DNA of 64,000 bases from Eledone cirrhosa (lineage: Eukaryota): contig OZ024743.1 of the NCBI GenBank assembly GCA_964016885.1, positions 48,112,001 through 48,176,000 of the forward strand, written 5' to 3'. Under the pieces are notes generated by a model that searched no databases, had not been told where the DNA came from, and saw only the letters and a program-made list of their open reading frames with translations. How positions within the stretch are numbered: position 1 is the stretch's first letter; each line of letters begins with the position of its first letter. Positions 52,001-64,000 of the stretch are shown here, one piece after another. The position numbers and the translations under genes were made by a program.

Positions 52001-52117
52001 TATGTGCGCTTATATATGGTTAACAATAAAATTTTCCATAAATGGCAATTTTTAACAAACGGAAATAACAAACCTTTGCGGAGCTCACGATGATACGATT
52101 TACTACGTAGGTCGCCA
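46096..52117 (-). mobile_element. Near full-length Tx1/L1-clade non-LTR retrotransposon bounded by (TTA)n tracts
   Basis: ORF1 ~51908-49768 (frameshifted; CCHC knuckle CVVCGERTHLRAFC, Pro/Thr-rich). ORF2 49733-46339: APE (SINAHG, VAISET, VGDWN, SYLDR, TDH), RT (KSPGLDGL, NFRPITLLN, DQSKAFDRVDH, RQGCPLS, AYADDV) and C-terminal CPRC..ETVLH...C; frameshift ~47100. Confidence 0.93.
50051..50153 (-). mobile_element. 5'-truncated family A SINE inserted in Tx1 ORF1
   Basis: 15-bp TSD TTGTTCAAATTTAAT at 50036-50050 and 50154-50168. Confidence 0.92.
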
Positions 52118-52135
52118 ATAATAATAATAATAATA

Positions 52136-53600
52136 GTACATAGAATAATATACAAATGTCAGGGAAGTGAATAGTGTATGAGTCATGATATACATGTGTG
52201 TATGTGTATGGAGGGGGAACATTAGGTGTAGTGTTGGCGAATCTTGGGAAGCATGGAGGTTTTAAAGGATGCAGTGTCTCGACAACTAACAACTGATGCA
52301 GGTAGTTTGTTCCATGCTTCAGCAACTCTGAGCATGAAAAAATGTTTCCGAAAGTCATGGGAACTGTGCTGTTTTCTGACTTGGTGGGCATGCCCACATG
52401 TGTTAGACACATGGAAATCAAAAAGGTGCTCAGGGTTGTTGTTAGCAAGATGGTTAATAATTTTGTGGGTGTTTACCAAGTCAGTTCCCAGACGTCGGAG
52501 CTTCAATGTATCCATGCCCAGGGAAGCAAGGCGTTCAGAGTATGGTAGATGCCTGATGGAGGGTATTTGCTTGGTTGCACGTCTCTGAACAGTTTCCAGA
52601 CTGGTGATGCAAATTCTAAGTTTGGCCGCACCATAGCCACCTACAGCTTTAAATAGCTGGAGAGCGGCTGACAAAGGTCTTGCTGAGTGATGCTAAGACA
52701 CCCTCGGCCTTCTTGACAATTTTAGAGACGTGCTTCGTCTAACGCAAATCGCTGCTGACCGTAATCCCCAGGTCACGTTCACAAGAAGACTTCTTGGTAT
52801 TAGTGTTGTGGACGCTGGGTTTTTATTCCCAAAATGCATGGTGGTGCACTTGTCCACAGCTAGCTTGAGTTGCCAGTCTGTGATCAATTGTTGGATTGTG
52901 TCCAGGTCAGATTGCAGGCAAGATCTATGGTGTTCAGGATCTGTCCTTTTTATCTCAAGGTACTGCTTGATGTCATCTGCATATTTCAGTACTGTGGCAT
53001 TCTTTAAGTTGGCATCTATGTCATTAATATATACCACAAACAAAAGGGGGCCAAGAACAGATCCCTGTGGTACACCAGATGATATCTCATATGGTGAGGA
53101 ATGCTGTCTCAGAACCGTGACTACCTCTCTTCGACTGAGAATGAAGGACTTCAACCAGTTAAAAAGATCATCCTTCACACACATTGCAGAGAGTTTTGCC
53201 ATAAGCCTTTTGTGTGGCACAGAATTGAAAGCTTTCGCAAAGTCAAGGTAAACAACATCCACCCATGAGCCGCCATCAGTGATCCGGGTGATGTCTTCAA
53301 GAAACTCGATAATTTGATCACAGCAGTTGGAGTCAGGGATAAATCCGAATTGCGAGGGCCGGATAAGACTATGAGAGTTCCAGAAGTTCCAAAGTGTTTC
53401 TCTGACACAGGATTCCACCAGTTTGGCAATGTGGCTAGTAAGACTGACTAGACGATAGTTCACAGGTGGTGTGTGGTCACACTTTTTGAACAGAGGAATG
53501 ACACTGGCAGTTTTCCACTGTTGTGGAGTAGCACTGTTGTTCAGACAGAATTGGAAGAAGCATGATAGCTGGTGCAGAAGGAAGTACCCACCACGTTTGA
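52136..53600 (-). mobile_element. CR1-like LINE RT and 3' part, degraded
   Basis: NYRLVSLTS, QFGF, YLDFAKAF.SVPH, SGVPQGSVLGPLLF, KYADDIK. Confidence 0.92.
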
Positions 53601-53607
53601 GAATCAG

Positions 53608-53990
53608 ATGGGAGAGAAAGATACAAAGTGAGAGACAGAGAGAGAAAAAGAGTGAGAGATAGAGAGAAATAAAGATTGAGAGACAGAGAGAAATAGAGAG
53701 TGAGAGATGGCGAGAAATAAAGAGAGAGATAGAGAAATAAAGAGAGAGAGAGAGATAGAGAGTGAGATATGGAGAGAAATAAAGAGTGAGAGATAGAGAG
53801 TGAGAGATGGAGAGAAATAAAGAGTAAGAGATAGAGAAATAACGAGTGAGAGACAGAGAGAGATAGAGAGTGAGAGATGAAGAGAAATAAAGAGAGAGAG
53901 TGAGAGACAGAGAGAAATAGAGAGTGAGAGATGGAGAGAAATAAAGAGAAAGAGAGAGAAATAAAGAGTGAGAGAGAGATAGAGAGAAAA
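53608..53990. repeat. GAGA-rich simple repeat
   Basis: Direct inspection. Confidence 0.9.
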
Positions 53991-55004
53991 AAAAGAACCA
54001 ACCAAGTACTGGATTGGTACTATATTCATTGACTCCAAAGATATGAAAGGCAAAATTGACTTCAGTGAGATTTTAAATCAGAGAAGAGGAAGTTGAAACA
54101 AATGACACAAGGCATTCTATCTGACATCCTAACAACTCCATCAATTCTCAACCTTCATTTATTTGTTGTCACAGCAGTAAATCACCAATCCATAACAGAA
54201 TTATTATTACTATTCAGAACATTTCTGTCTATTTCCATAAACTAACAACATAGTTCATCTGAATTGCTAATATAGCCATTGTTTCTATTTTATTACAATG
54301 TCACTGTGTAAGCTTTCAGTGCAAACTACATGTCTGCCATATATTACATCATTTCTATGATTGTCATCATCACCCTTCATTTGTCTACTGCAGGACATTC
54401 ACCTTTTTGAGGCAGAAAACATGGTTATTCAACCTGCTAAAAATAACAGCTAAACAGTCTTCAAACTACACCTTACTATCTTTAAAAAAGAAAGATGAGA
54501 TATTCAGACAATGTTGAAACACTTTTTATCATAAGTCTGCTCAGTCAGGCCAGATTTGGGGCTAAACAACAGAACATTCAACATATTGAAACAAAAATTA
54601 TTAGACAATGATGTTAGTTGCTAGAATTAGAAAGTGAGAGGTGGTGGTATGTGTTGGCATTGATAATATAAGAAATAAAAACAGAAAAAAATATTTGATT
54701 TCTTGTAGAATATCCAGCATTACTCAGGCTCAAAAGTAGCAACAAATTTTAAATAAGAATACAATTACAAGATAAATGAAAAATGCAAGCATTGAGTGTC
54801 TAATTCCAGTTAGAGAAGATATCAGGATCTAATTAAAGCATAGAGATTGACAGCTGAGGAAAACTGAAAGAATAAGAGAGAGACAGAGTGGTAAAGATAG
54901 AAAGCAGAAGAGAAGGATACAACGAAAAATGAGTGAGAGAGTGAAAAGGAGCAGGTAAGAAGGAATAAGAGGTGGTAATAGTATAAGAGAAAGAGAGAAA
55001 GAGA

Positions 55005-55300
55005 TCTTTGGAAACATGCTATAGTGTGTCCTGTTACCAAAAAGACTAACCACTGCCTGCCAACTTTCATCCTATTGTTCCTTCATCTAACATCTCAAAA
55101 GTAATCGAGACAGCCATATACTCTGCTATATCACTCACCAGTGACTTCCCATCCTTGAGTAATTTGGTGAAAACTATACTATTGTACTTAACATCACTAA
55201 AGCTTCTATACATAACTGGTGCTGGTATATCTCCTAGAAAAACTGCCCCCTCTATGGGCTCCATCTGTCATTCACTTCTCAGTGGCTTCTTATTAGATTA
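55005..55300 (+). mobile_element. Highly degraded LINE RT relic
   Basis: WKHAIVCPVTKK...NFHPI..SNISKVIE resembles WK.A.V.P..KK...NYRPISL.S.ISK..E. Confidence 0.5.
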
Positions 55301-57386
55301 CACCATCATCATCATCATCATCACCACCACCATCAACAACAACCAACCACCACCATCATCATTTAATGTGTTTTTCCTGCAATAAGTAGGCAGTTCAGTT
55401 GATAGGACAAAGGGAATGCTCAGTCATTTAATGTTCAATAAGTTTAGCTAATTAAACAATTAAGACAAGCCATTTGGTGAAAACTACTTGAGATTTGTTC
55501 ATTTACTTTTGTCTATCCACTTTTTCAGTTCAAATCCCACCATGAAAAACTTTGATTATTATTTTTTCCCTTTCTGAGGGCGGTGGATTGGCAGTATCGG
55601 TAGAGGGTCGGACGCCATGCTTTGCAGCATAGAGTTACGGCTCTTTATGATCTGAGCTCAAATCCCGCCGAGGTTAACTTTGCCTTTCATCCTTATGGGG
55701 TCGATAAAATAAAGTACCAGTCACGCACTGGGGTCGATTTAATCGACTTTCCCTTCTCCTCAAATTACTGGCCTTGTGCCTATATAAGAAACCATTATTT
55801 TTTCCCTTTCTTCTAGAGTGGAAATGACGAACACAAGGGAAGATCAATAAAATAAATATCAGACATGTACAGGACTCATTTCAATCAATTACAATTAACC
55901 CCACCCCCTTCATATCTGTCACCTTCAGCTAATGTCAGACACTAATCATTATTGCTTTCATTATTATAACCAAGAATTAGCAAATTATGGCATTTGGATG
56001 TCTCTTTTGTTGCTTTTGTATATGTATTTATACACACACATACATGTGTGTATGTTTTATCTTGAGAATGTCCTAACTATTTTGATATTATCTGTGTTCC
56101 TTGACTTCACAGTGGTCACTTCTGAATATTTTTCACATCTCTTGTTGACCTCAGTGTGTTTGTTTATCTTCTTTGTTTATCTTTTATCATTCTGATTGTT
56201 TTCCAGATATGAATATCAAGCTTAATATAAGAAGGAATACATGTCATTTGTTCTTTTTGGAAGATAGTATCGTGTGAATTGAGAGAGATTTCGTTGATAA
56301 ATCTAGGAGGTTGAAGTGTCCACATAGTGCTGTTATTCTCAACTGGCAATAAATTTAGCTCTTGGGGGTAAAATTATCACGATAGATCCTTCATCAGTTT
56401 CAATGATGAGCATTCAGTTGTTAAATCAACTGAATGTCCAACTTGTTAGATTAACCCTTTAGATATTCAACTGGCTGAAAGTGCCTCTTGGAAGCTATCT
56501 ATTTTAGAATGTTTATCATCATCATCATTTAACATCTGCTTTCCCTGCTAGCAAGGGTTGGACAGGTCTACATAGACCAAGTCATTACTGAAGTGGGGCT
56601 ACTGACCTCACTGACAGGTCGAGGTATCTGTATCTTGCTTATGTACAATCATATTGAGTGCAGAGAAGACTTGTCATGTCATTTGACACAAACTGAAGGG
56701 TCCTTCTAACCCCTTGTTTGGCAAACTTTTAGGCATGATTTCTACAGTGAGGTGCCTTACCTGTTACCAACCACCCTTATGGAGTGTACTCGGTGTATTT
56801 TTGTGGCACTATCACAAGAGAGGTTGTTGGCCATAGACCCAACTGTAGAGTCCTCTCAGTTCTTAGGCGGGGGCAATAGAGAAGGGAGATAGGTATGAAG
56901 TTACATTTATCTAAAAACCCTTCCATTATAATTTTATGTAAGAACATTTATGTTATGCTTCAAATATTACCTTAATAATGAGAAAGTTTAGTTATATTAC
57001 TAAATCCCTTCAAATTTTAGATTGTTTTAAAGATTATTTGAAACACTGGCTGTGTATTTTATTAGAAATATGATAATTGTTTCTACTTTAGGCACAAGGC
57101 CAGCAATTATCCAGTGTATTACTGGTACTTTATTTTATCGACCCCGTAAGGATGAAAGGCAAAGTTAACCTCGGCGGGATTTGAACTCAGATCATAAAGG
57201 GCCATAACTCTATGCGTCAAAACATGGCGTCCGACCCTCTACCGATACTGCCAATCCATTGTATTAGAAATATGATAATGAAAGAGCTAACATGGAAGAG
57301 TATTCCTCAAATATGTATCGGTTATTAATTCTCAGGCAAAATTAGCATAACACAACATGTGACAAGGACATCTGAAAAGCTTCCAC

Positions 57387-58944
57387 GACGAGGACGTGGC
57401 ACGAGGTTACCGACGAAAGATACGCCGGCAAAGCCAGTGAGATCAGGGCCCGGAGGCCAAGGCCGCCATACCTGACAGGTAAAGTGTCCTGTTGCCATCC
57501 AATGTCGTCAAACTTGACGTTGCATATCTCCTCAGCTGCTTCTCGGATACAAGTATCGAGGTCAGCGAGGAGAGATGTGTGGGTGTAGCACAGAGTGCTG
57601 TGAAGAGTATAGAGGAGCTTCGGCATGGCGAAGCAGTTTCTCAACAGAAAGAGGGCTGGGTGGCCATCGAACAAGCCCAGTCGGCTCGTGAGAGTCTGGA
57701 GTTGTTGAAGCCTGGATCTGATGGTGGAGCGGATGGCCGGCGGGTGGATCAGTGACCCAAGGATTAGGACATCCTCTTTGGGGGTCACCTGTACCTGGTG
57801 GAGAATGGACCGCACGTCTGAGATGGAGGCTGTAAAGCTCTCAGCATCGCGGCTGACATTCACCACCTCCGAGTTGACCTGGAGGCCGATTCCTGCCAGG
57901 GCAGGAACCACCGATTGTAGGTCATGGCAGACAGTCTGTATGGGCCCACTCAACGTAGCATCATCCAGATACCAAACATTGAGAGGAGCCATGACACTCT
58001 GGGCGGCCGGCGTATCTTTTGTCGGTAACCTCATGCTGCGTCCTCGTCAGCAGGGTTCTTCTAAACACAATAGATCCCTCTGTGTTCAGAGAACATGAGG
58101 CCGCCTGTGAGATGTGGGACTTAGCCCAGTAGACGTCCCTCCTGCTTCTCTCCCTGTTGACGTCAAGTCCCCCCAAAGCCTGGCCTCAGATAGGCTCACG
58201 CGCCAGCTCGACCAGCACCGCCTTGCCTGTTTTCGTGCAGCCTCCAAACCCCACAGTGGTGCCTGGCTCCATGCCCTGCCCTCCTTCTCCACTGACATGC
58301 AGCTAGACAACCATAGCCTGCACATTGGCATTTCCTTGAGTCTCGGCCTCCGGATCTGCAAGCTACACCAATGTCGCTGTGGATCCACTGTGGTCCCTTT
58401 TTGGCCTCCACCCGCCTTCCTGTCGCCACAGTGCCAGCCGCCTTCCACACCATGCTGCCCTCAACGAGGTCATAAAGCATGGCTTGGACGCTGCAGGCTT
58501 CCTTTCCCAGCTCAAGCCAGTGGGGCTGGACCGAGGGGACAGCATAAGGCCAGATGGCATGACCATCTTCCCGTTCCGCGGTGGCAAACCCCTCATCTGG
58601 GATGCTACTTGCACCAACACTTTCTGCAGCCAAAACCTGGTGCAGTCTGCGACTGACCCAGGTTCTGTTGCATGTCAGGCTGAGGGGGCCAAACTCCTCA
58701 AATACCGGTCGCTTTCCGACAGGTTTGCAGTTGTACCCCTGGCAGTGGAGACTTCTGATGTCCTCGGCCCTAGGGCTACTACCCTACTCACCACCATAGG
58801 CGCTGAGCTGGCCAGCCGCAGGTGTGAGCCCCGCGAGTTGGAGTGGCTTTTCCAGCGCATCTCCCTTGTTGTCCTCCAGGGAAATGCCTTCTCCATTCTG
58901 ACCACTGGGGCTGTGTGTGTGTGGAGGTGGAGGGGGGGCATCAC
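57387..58944. mobile_element. CRE-like non-LTR retrotransposon with inverted 5' segment (RT on - 57387-58005; REL domain on + 58006-58910)
   Basis: Minus: WYLDDATL, LPVRYGGLGLR. Plus: HSGAWLHALP, CRCG..H..SC, RPDGMT.FPF..GKPLIWDATC, PLAVET, LFQRISL.V.QGNA. Confidence 0.9.
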
Positions 58945-60921
58945 GTATCATTCCATATTTAATTATGGTCGGTATGTGTATGTTTATGTTTTGGATGTTG
59001 ACGAAGACGTTATTAACTGTTTCACTAACCTAAGACTAAAGTAAGAGACATTTATTTAACCCTTTAGCATTTAAACCAGCCGTATCTGGCCAGAATTCTC
59101 TCACCTTGTTCTGTTCAAACTGGCTGTAACCAGCCACCCATACTGATGTTAAGGTATTGTTCTCAAAATACATAATATCAAAATCTCACAGATTCGATAT
59201 TATGTGAGATAATTATGTGAGGTAAAGCCTTTACTGTGAAAATACAATAGTAAATATAGAGTATTGTAAATGCTAAATGTTAAGGTGTCATATGGTGTTA
59301 TTGAACCTGGAACCTCATGATTGCAAAGCAATTTTCTTGACCATTTAGCTATACCTTGGACCAAGGAAACAATGTTTCCATTGGTCTTTCCATTGCCTAT
59401 ACTATCTACTGGTTGCAACTCCTGGCAGAATATTATATATACCATATTTTAATACACTATGCTTAAATATATAGCATACTTGTATATACCATACATGTAT
59501 GTTCCATATACAAATATACCATACTTAAGTATATACCATACTTAAATACATCATACTTATATACATCTCACTAAATATATTACACTTAATCAGTCTTTAT
59601 AAATAGCAGAGGTTTTCTAGCATACGCAACTGTCTTTCATTCTATTGTATCTATGTCACTATCTTTTAAAGAAATCCAATGCTTTATATAGAAGAGAATG
59701 GGTTGTGGAAGGGTAGAAGTCATCAATATCAAATTGTGTAAATCTATAATATCATTTACCTTTAATACTTTTAAACAGCATTGTAGTTATGTTACTTCTG
59801 GTTCAAGGTAGTTTTTTTTCCTAAATTTGTCATTAATCTTCTTCAGAATGTTTTAGCCAATTAATCCTATCTTCTGTCTTAGCTGAATTTATTAGTCTAG
59901 GTGTATACTAATAAACTCAGCGATATATATATATATGTGTGTGTGTCTGTGTGTGTGTGTGTAAATCTTCTTTATAGTCATTGGCAGTGAGATATGCCTC
60001 TCATTTAGGTAGGCATTTCACTTTGATTTCAGTAATAAAATTAATATAAGTTTGTTGAGTGGTTTTCTGTTATCATTAATCAATGTTTATATCTAGGGCC
60101 CCCAGTATCAGTAGAGGGTCTGACGCCATGCTTTGATGCATAGAGTTATGGCTCTTGCCATTCTGTGTTCAAATCCCGCCGTAACTTTGCCTTTAAACCT
60201 TTACATGGTCAATAAAATAAAGTACCAGTAATGCACTGGGTAATTGCTGGCCTTGTGCCAAAAGTAGAAACAGTTATTTTATTAGAGATTATTCTTAATT
60301 ATATTAGTAGTATCAACCTTCAGTTTGTTCTGGAGAAGTCAATATTATTTACTAGGTCTAATAAGTCATTTGCAAAGGCTTCTTCTATCCTTTTAATCTT
60401 TTTGATGGTGGTGGTGAGAAAGGCTGGTTCTTGTTATGTTGTAGTTTTATGTGTATCTCTATATATATATATATATATATATGTGTGTATGTGTGCGTGT
60501 GTGTGTGCGTGTGTGTATCATCATCATCATCATCATCATCATCAAATTTTAACGTCCATTTTCCATGTCTGGGTTAGTTAGATGGGTTGTCACATTATGA
60601 GGCAAGTCAGGTCAGGTGACCACGTCTTGCTCATATGGATCTGTATTTAGGTTTGGTTTCTACAGCTGGATGCCCTTCCTAACATCAATCACATTACAGT
60701 GTGGGCTGGATGCTTTTGATTGTGGCACCAAAACAACCATCTAACAGAATGGATTGGGTGATTTTTGTCATGTCACTAGCTCAACCATTTTACAGAGTGG
60801 ACTGGGTTCTTTTTTCTCATGTGACCATCTCACACACACACACACGTGCATAGTGTTTTTGCAACAATAAAACGTTAAAGGAACTTTGCCAGTCCAGCCT
60901 CCTGTTGTTTTAATCAAACTA

Positions 60922-60966
<45 letters not shown>

Positions 60967-61119
60967 TGTGTGTGTGTGTGTGTGAGTCAACCCTTACTAG
61001 CAAGAAAAAATGGATGTTAAATGAGGAGGATGATTTATATATATAAACACATACACTCTCACACACACACATACACATATACACAACCAGGTGGATTACG
61101 ATATACATACATATATATA

Positions 61120-61325
61120 TATATATCTATCTATCTAAGGCGGGTAAAATTCCCGAGATCCATGGACGAGTTCTCTCCAGCGGCCTCTGTCCCTCATTAT
61201 CGCTGCCATATCCTGCATCTCCAACAGACCAGTGTCTGTCCTTAGGGCATCAACATATGTTAACCTTGGTCTTCCTCTTCTAGTGTGTCCATGTAGGGGC
61301 TCCCAAAGGAGCACTGAGTGCAATG
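61120..61325 (-). mobile_element. 3' end of a second RTE-type LINE family with (TAGA)n tail
   Basis: LLWEP.HG...RGRPR.TY.D.L..DTGL....M.DR..WR motif. Confidence 0.7.
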
Positions 61326-61453
61326 TCATCATCATCATCATCATCATCATCACCGTTTTACGTCCGTTCTTCCACGCTAGCATGGGTTAGACGGGTTGTC
61401 CTGTTGTGGGCAGTGTCCAGTTGGCTGACCTTGTCATATATATATATATATAT

Positions 61454-62212
61454 ATAAACGGAAAAAATGAAATGAAATTTCATTTCCCACTCTTAGTACG
61501 GCTGTTACTTAAATATAAGTATGTACACGTACATACATATATGTATACAGACGTACAGTAGTATATATATATATATATATATATACATACACGCACACAT
61601 ATATACATGTACGTATGGATTCACCGAACATTTATTATAATGCTCAGTGTGTTTGTATACATATATGTATATACATAATGTTCGGTGAATCCATACGTAC
61701 ATGTATATATGTGTGCGTGTATGTATATATATATATATACATACTACTGTACGTCTGTATACATATATGTATGTACGTATACATACTTATATTTAAGTAA
61801 CAGCTGTACTAAGAGTGGGAAATGAAATTTCATTTCATTTTTTCCGTTTATCGTTTTCGGTGCACCCGGCCGATTGACCCACTCGATATGCAAATTGGGC
61901 TACTCAGCCGTTAATATGCATAAGGTAAGTATATACGTTCAACAATCTGGCAGGAAGGTATACGTTGCTGACGATAGCTAATAAGCTTGAAACTAGTACA
62001 GCGTTCCTTTGTCAGTGTTGAACAAACGAGCAATGATGGTTGCTGGACACCATGGCTTAATACGGGATGTTTGTTTACAAACACACCGAGCATTATAATA
62101 AATGTTCGGTGAATCCATACGTACATGTATATATGTGTGCGTGTATGTATATATATATACATACTACTGTACGTCTGTATACATATATGTATGTACGTGT
62201 ACATACTTATAT
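61454..62212. mobile_element. Non-coding Penelope-like/retrozyme-type element: inverted copy + monomer + partial direct repeat
   Basis: Arms 61454-61632 / 61676-61851 inverted; 62101-62212 directly repeats 61676-61790; (TA)n on both sides; hammerhead inside. Confidence 0.75.
61962..62004 (+). ncRNA. Minimal type-I hammerhead ribozyme, intact core
   Basis: ACGTTG-CTGACGA-TAGCT-AATA-AGCTT-GAAA-CTAG-T-A-CAGCGT; palindromic stem III (ACTAGT), GUA cleavage triplet. Confidence 0.85.
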
Positions 62213-62499
62213 ATATATATATTATTCAAAATATTAATAAATGGAGACATTCATGTAATCAAAATATGTTTTATTATATTTGATGGGCGTGAGCCCGAAA
62301 TATTGGGATTAAATCTCTACTACGGTAACCCTTCTACCTTTGTTTTGTTTTCATCTTTGTCTCTCTCAATTTTCACTTTCACCTGTTTTTCCTATCTATA
62401 TTTCACTTCCTACCTCGAGATTTCCCTTTGCGTTGTTGTGGCTTTCTTAAATACGTATTTTTACACATTTCACAATGCTTCAAGCAAACTTTAACACCG

Positions 62500-62561
62500 T
62501 TTTATTATATATATTTTGGAGGTACTGTGGTGTTTTTTCAGTACGTCCTCATCAGATAAAA
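62500..62561 (-). ncRNA. Hammerhead motif of the 44072 family with GAAA mutated to AAAA (likely inactive)
   Basis: TTTTAT-CTGATGA-GGACGTACTG..CAGTACCTCC-AAAA-TATATA-T-A-ATAAAA. Confidence 0.6.
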
Positions 62562-62741
62562 TACATAAATTGATGTATGACAGACTGGAATTGGCAGACT
62601 GGAATTGAACCATCAGCACAGTTGAGGTATGACCCTAGTCGCTATGATCTCATTTCTACAGCTGAGTAAACTGGTAAACTGGAGCAATGTGAAATAAAGT
62701 GTTTTGCTCAAGGAAACAACACATCACTCGGTCTGAGAATT

Positions 62742-63064
<323 letters not shown>

Positions 63065-63130
63065 ACTTTCACTCGTGTAGGACACCTCGGTTATTTTTCA
63101 TTTTGTAAAAAAAAAAAAACCTCACTTTCT

Positions 63131-63199
<69 letters not shown>

Positions 63200-63610
63200 A
63201 ATGGAAGTTAAAGAAAAATGGAATAAAAGAGAGAATGAAAGAAAGGAACTGAAGAGGGTTTGAGAGGAAGAGTGGAAACTGGAAAGAAACAAAGGAATTT
63301 CATGAGAAAAGTGAATAAATAAAGAAACAGAAACAAGATGACAAAACAGAAGAAAAACAACAACAACATCTACTACAACAATAAAGTTGATTGTTTTATA
63401 ATTAATTACGGGCTCCAACTGAAGTGTTTTGTAGTAAATCATCCAGTTTTGAAATACTTCAAGGTTTGTAAATCAACATTTACACAGTGATATAACGCTG
63501 TATCTAATTAGTTCCATGCTAATTTCAAAGGTAAATTTAATTACAGAAAACAGGTTTTTGTTTTTATTATGTATATTTTTGTCAGCTGATAAATGTTGGT
63601 AGAAAATAAT

Positions 63611-63920
63611 TGTTTCTACTTTTGGCACAAGGCCAGCAATTACCCAGTACATTACTGGTACTTTATTTTATCGACCCCATAAGGAAGAAAGGCAAAGTTA
63701 ATCTCGGCGGGATTTAAATGTTGGTAGAAAATAATTGTTTCTACTTTAGGCACAAGGCCAGCAATTACCCAGTGCATTACTGGTACTTTATTTTATCGAC
63801 CCCGTAAGGATGAAAGGCAAAGTCAACCTCGGCGGGATTTGAACTCAGATCGTAAAGGGACGTAACTATGCTGGAAAGCATGGCGTCCGACCATCTACCG
63901 ATACTGCCAATACACCGCCC
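63611..63920 (-). mobile_element. Truncated plus full family A SINE pair inserted at one site
   Basis: (TAAATG)TTGGTAGAAAATAAT repeated at 63590, 63716 and 63921 (variant). Confidence 0.9.
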
Positions 63921-64000
63921 TTGGAAGAAAATAATAGGAGTTAACTAGTGTTAACTGTTTTGATACTGCCTGAAACCACTTCTGGTTCTATTGCTTAAAA

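Noticed and set aside
55067-55264. 65-aa minus-strand ORF that looks like an exon
   Set aside because: The opposite strand shows decayed LINE RT motifs, and there are no convincing splice sites

Overview
AT-rich, repeat-dense animal genomic DNA. The SINE/LINE repertoire and microsatellite load suggest a coleoid cephalopod, probably Octopus; this is inferred, not proven. One host gene is clear: the 5' half of mismatch-repair gene MSH3 on the minus strand. It has 9 GT-AG coding exons with consistent phases from ATG 44382 down to 3155 (~1634 nt, ~544 codons) and continues past the window's left edge. The rest is transposon-derived: a GC-rich, internally deleted Gypsy LTR element inside a 40-bp satellite; several RTE LINEs carrying a C4HC3 PHD finger after the RT core; a near full-length Tx1/L1-clade LINE; CR1-like and CRE-like (REL endonuclease) LINE pieces, one with a twin-priming-type inversion; a mariner relic; and two tRNA-derived SINE families. 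The most notable unannotated signal is a set of short non-coding palindromic or tandem elements next to (TA)n tracts that carry minimal type-I hammerhead ribozyme motifs (Penelope-like pLTR/retrozyme architecture). One of them is a ~325-bp palindrome with a hammerhead on each strand about 25 nt from the MSH3 exon-1 donor. Three SINE copies are also 5'-truncated at the same tRNA T-loop position.
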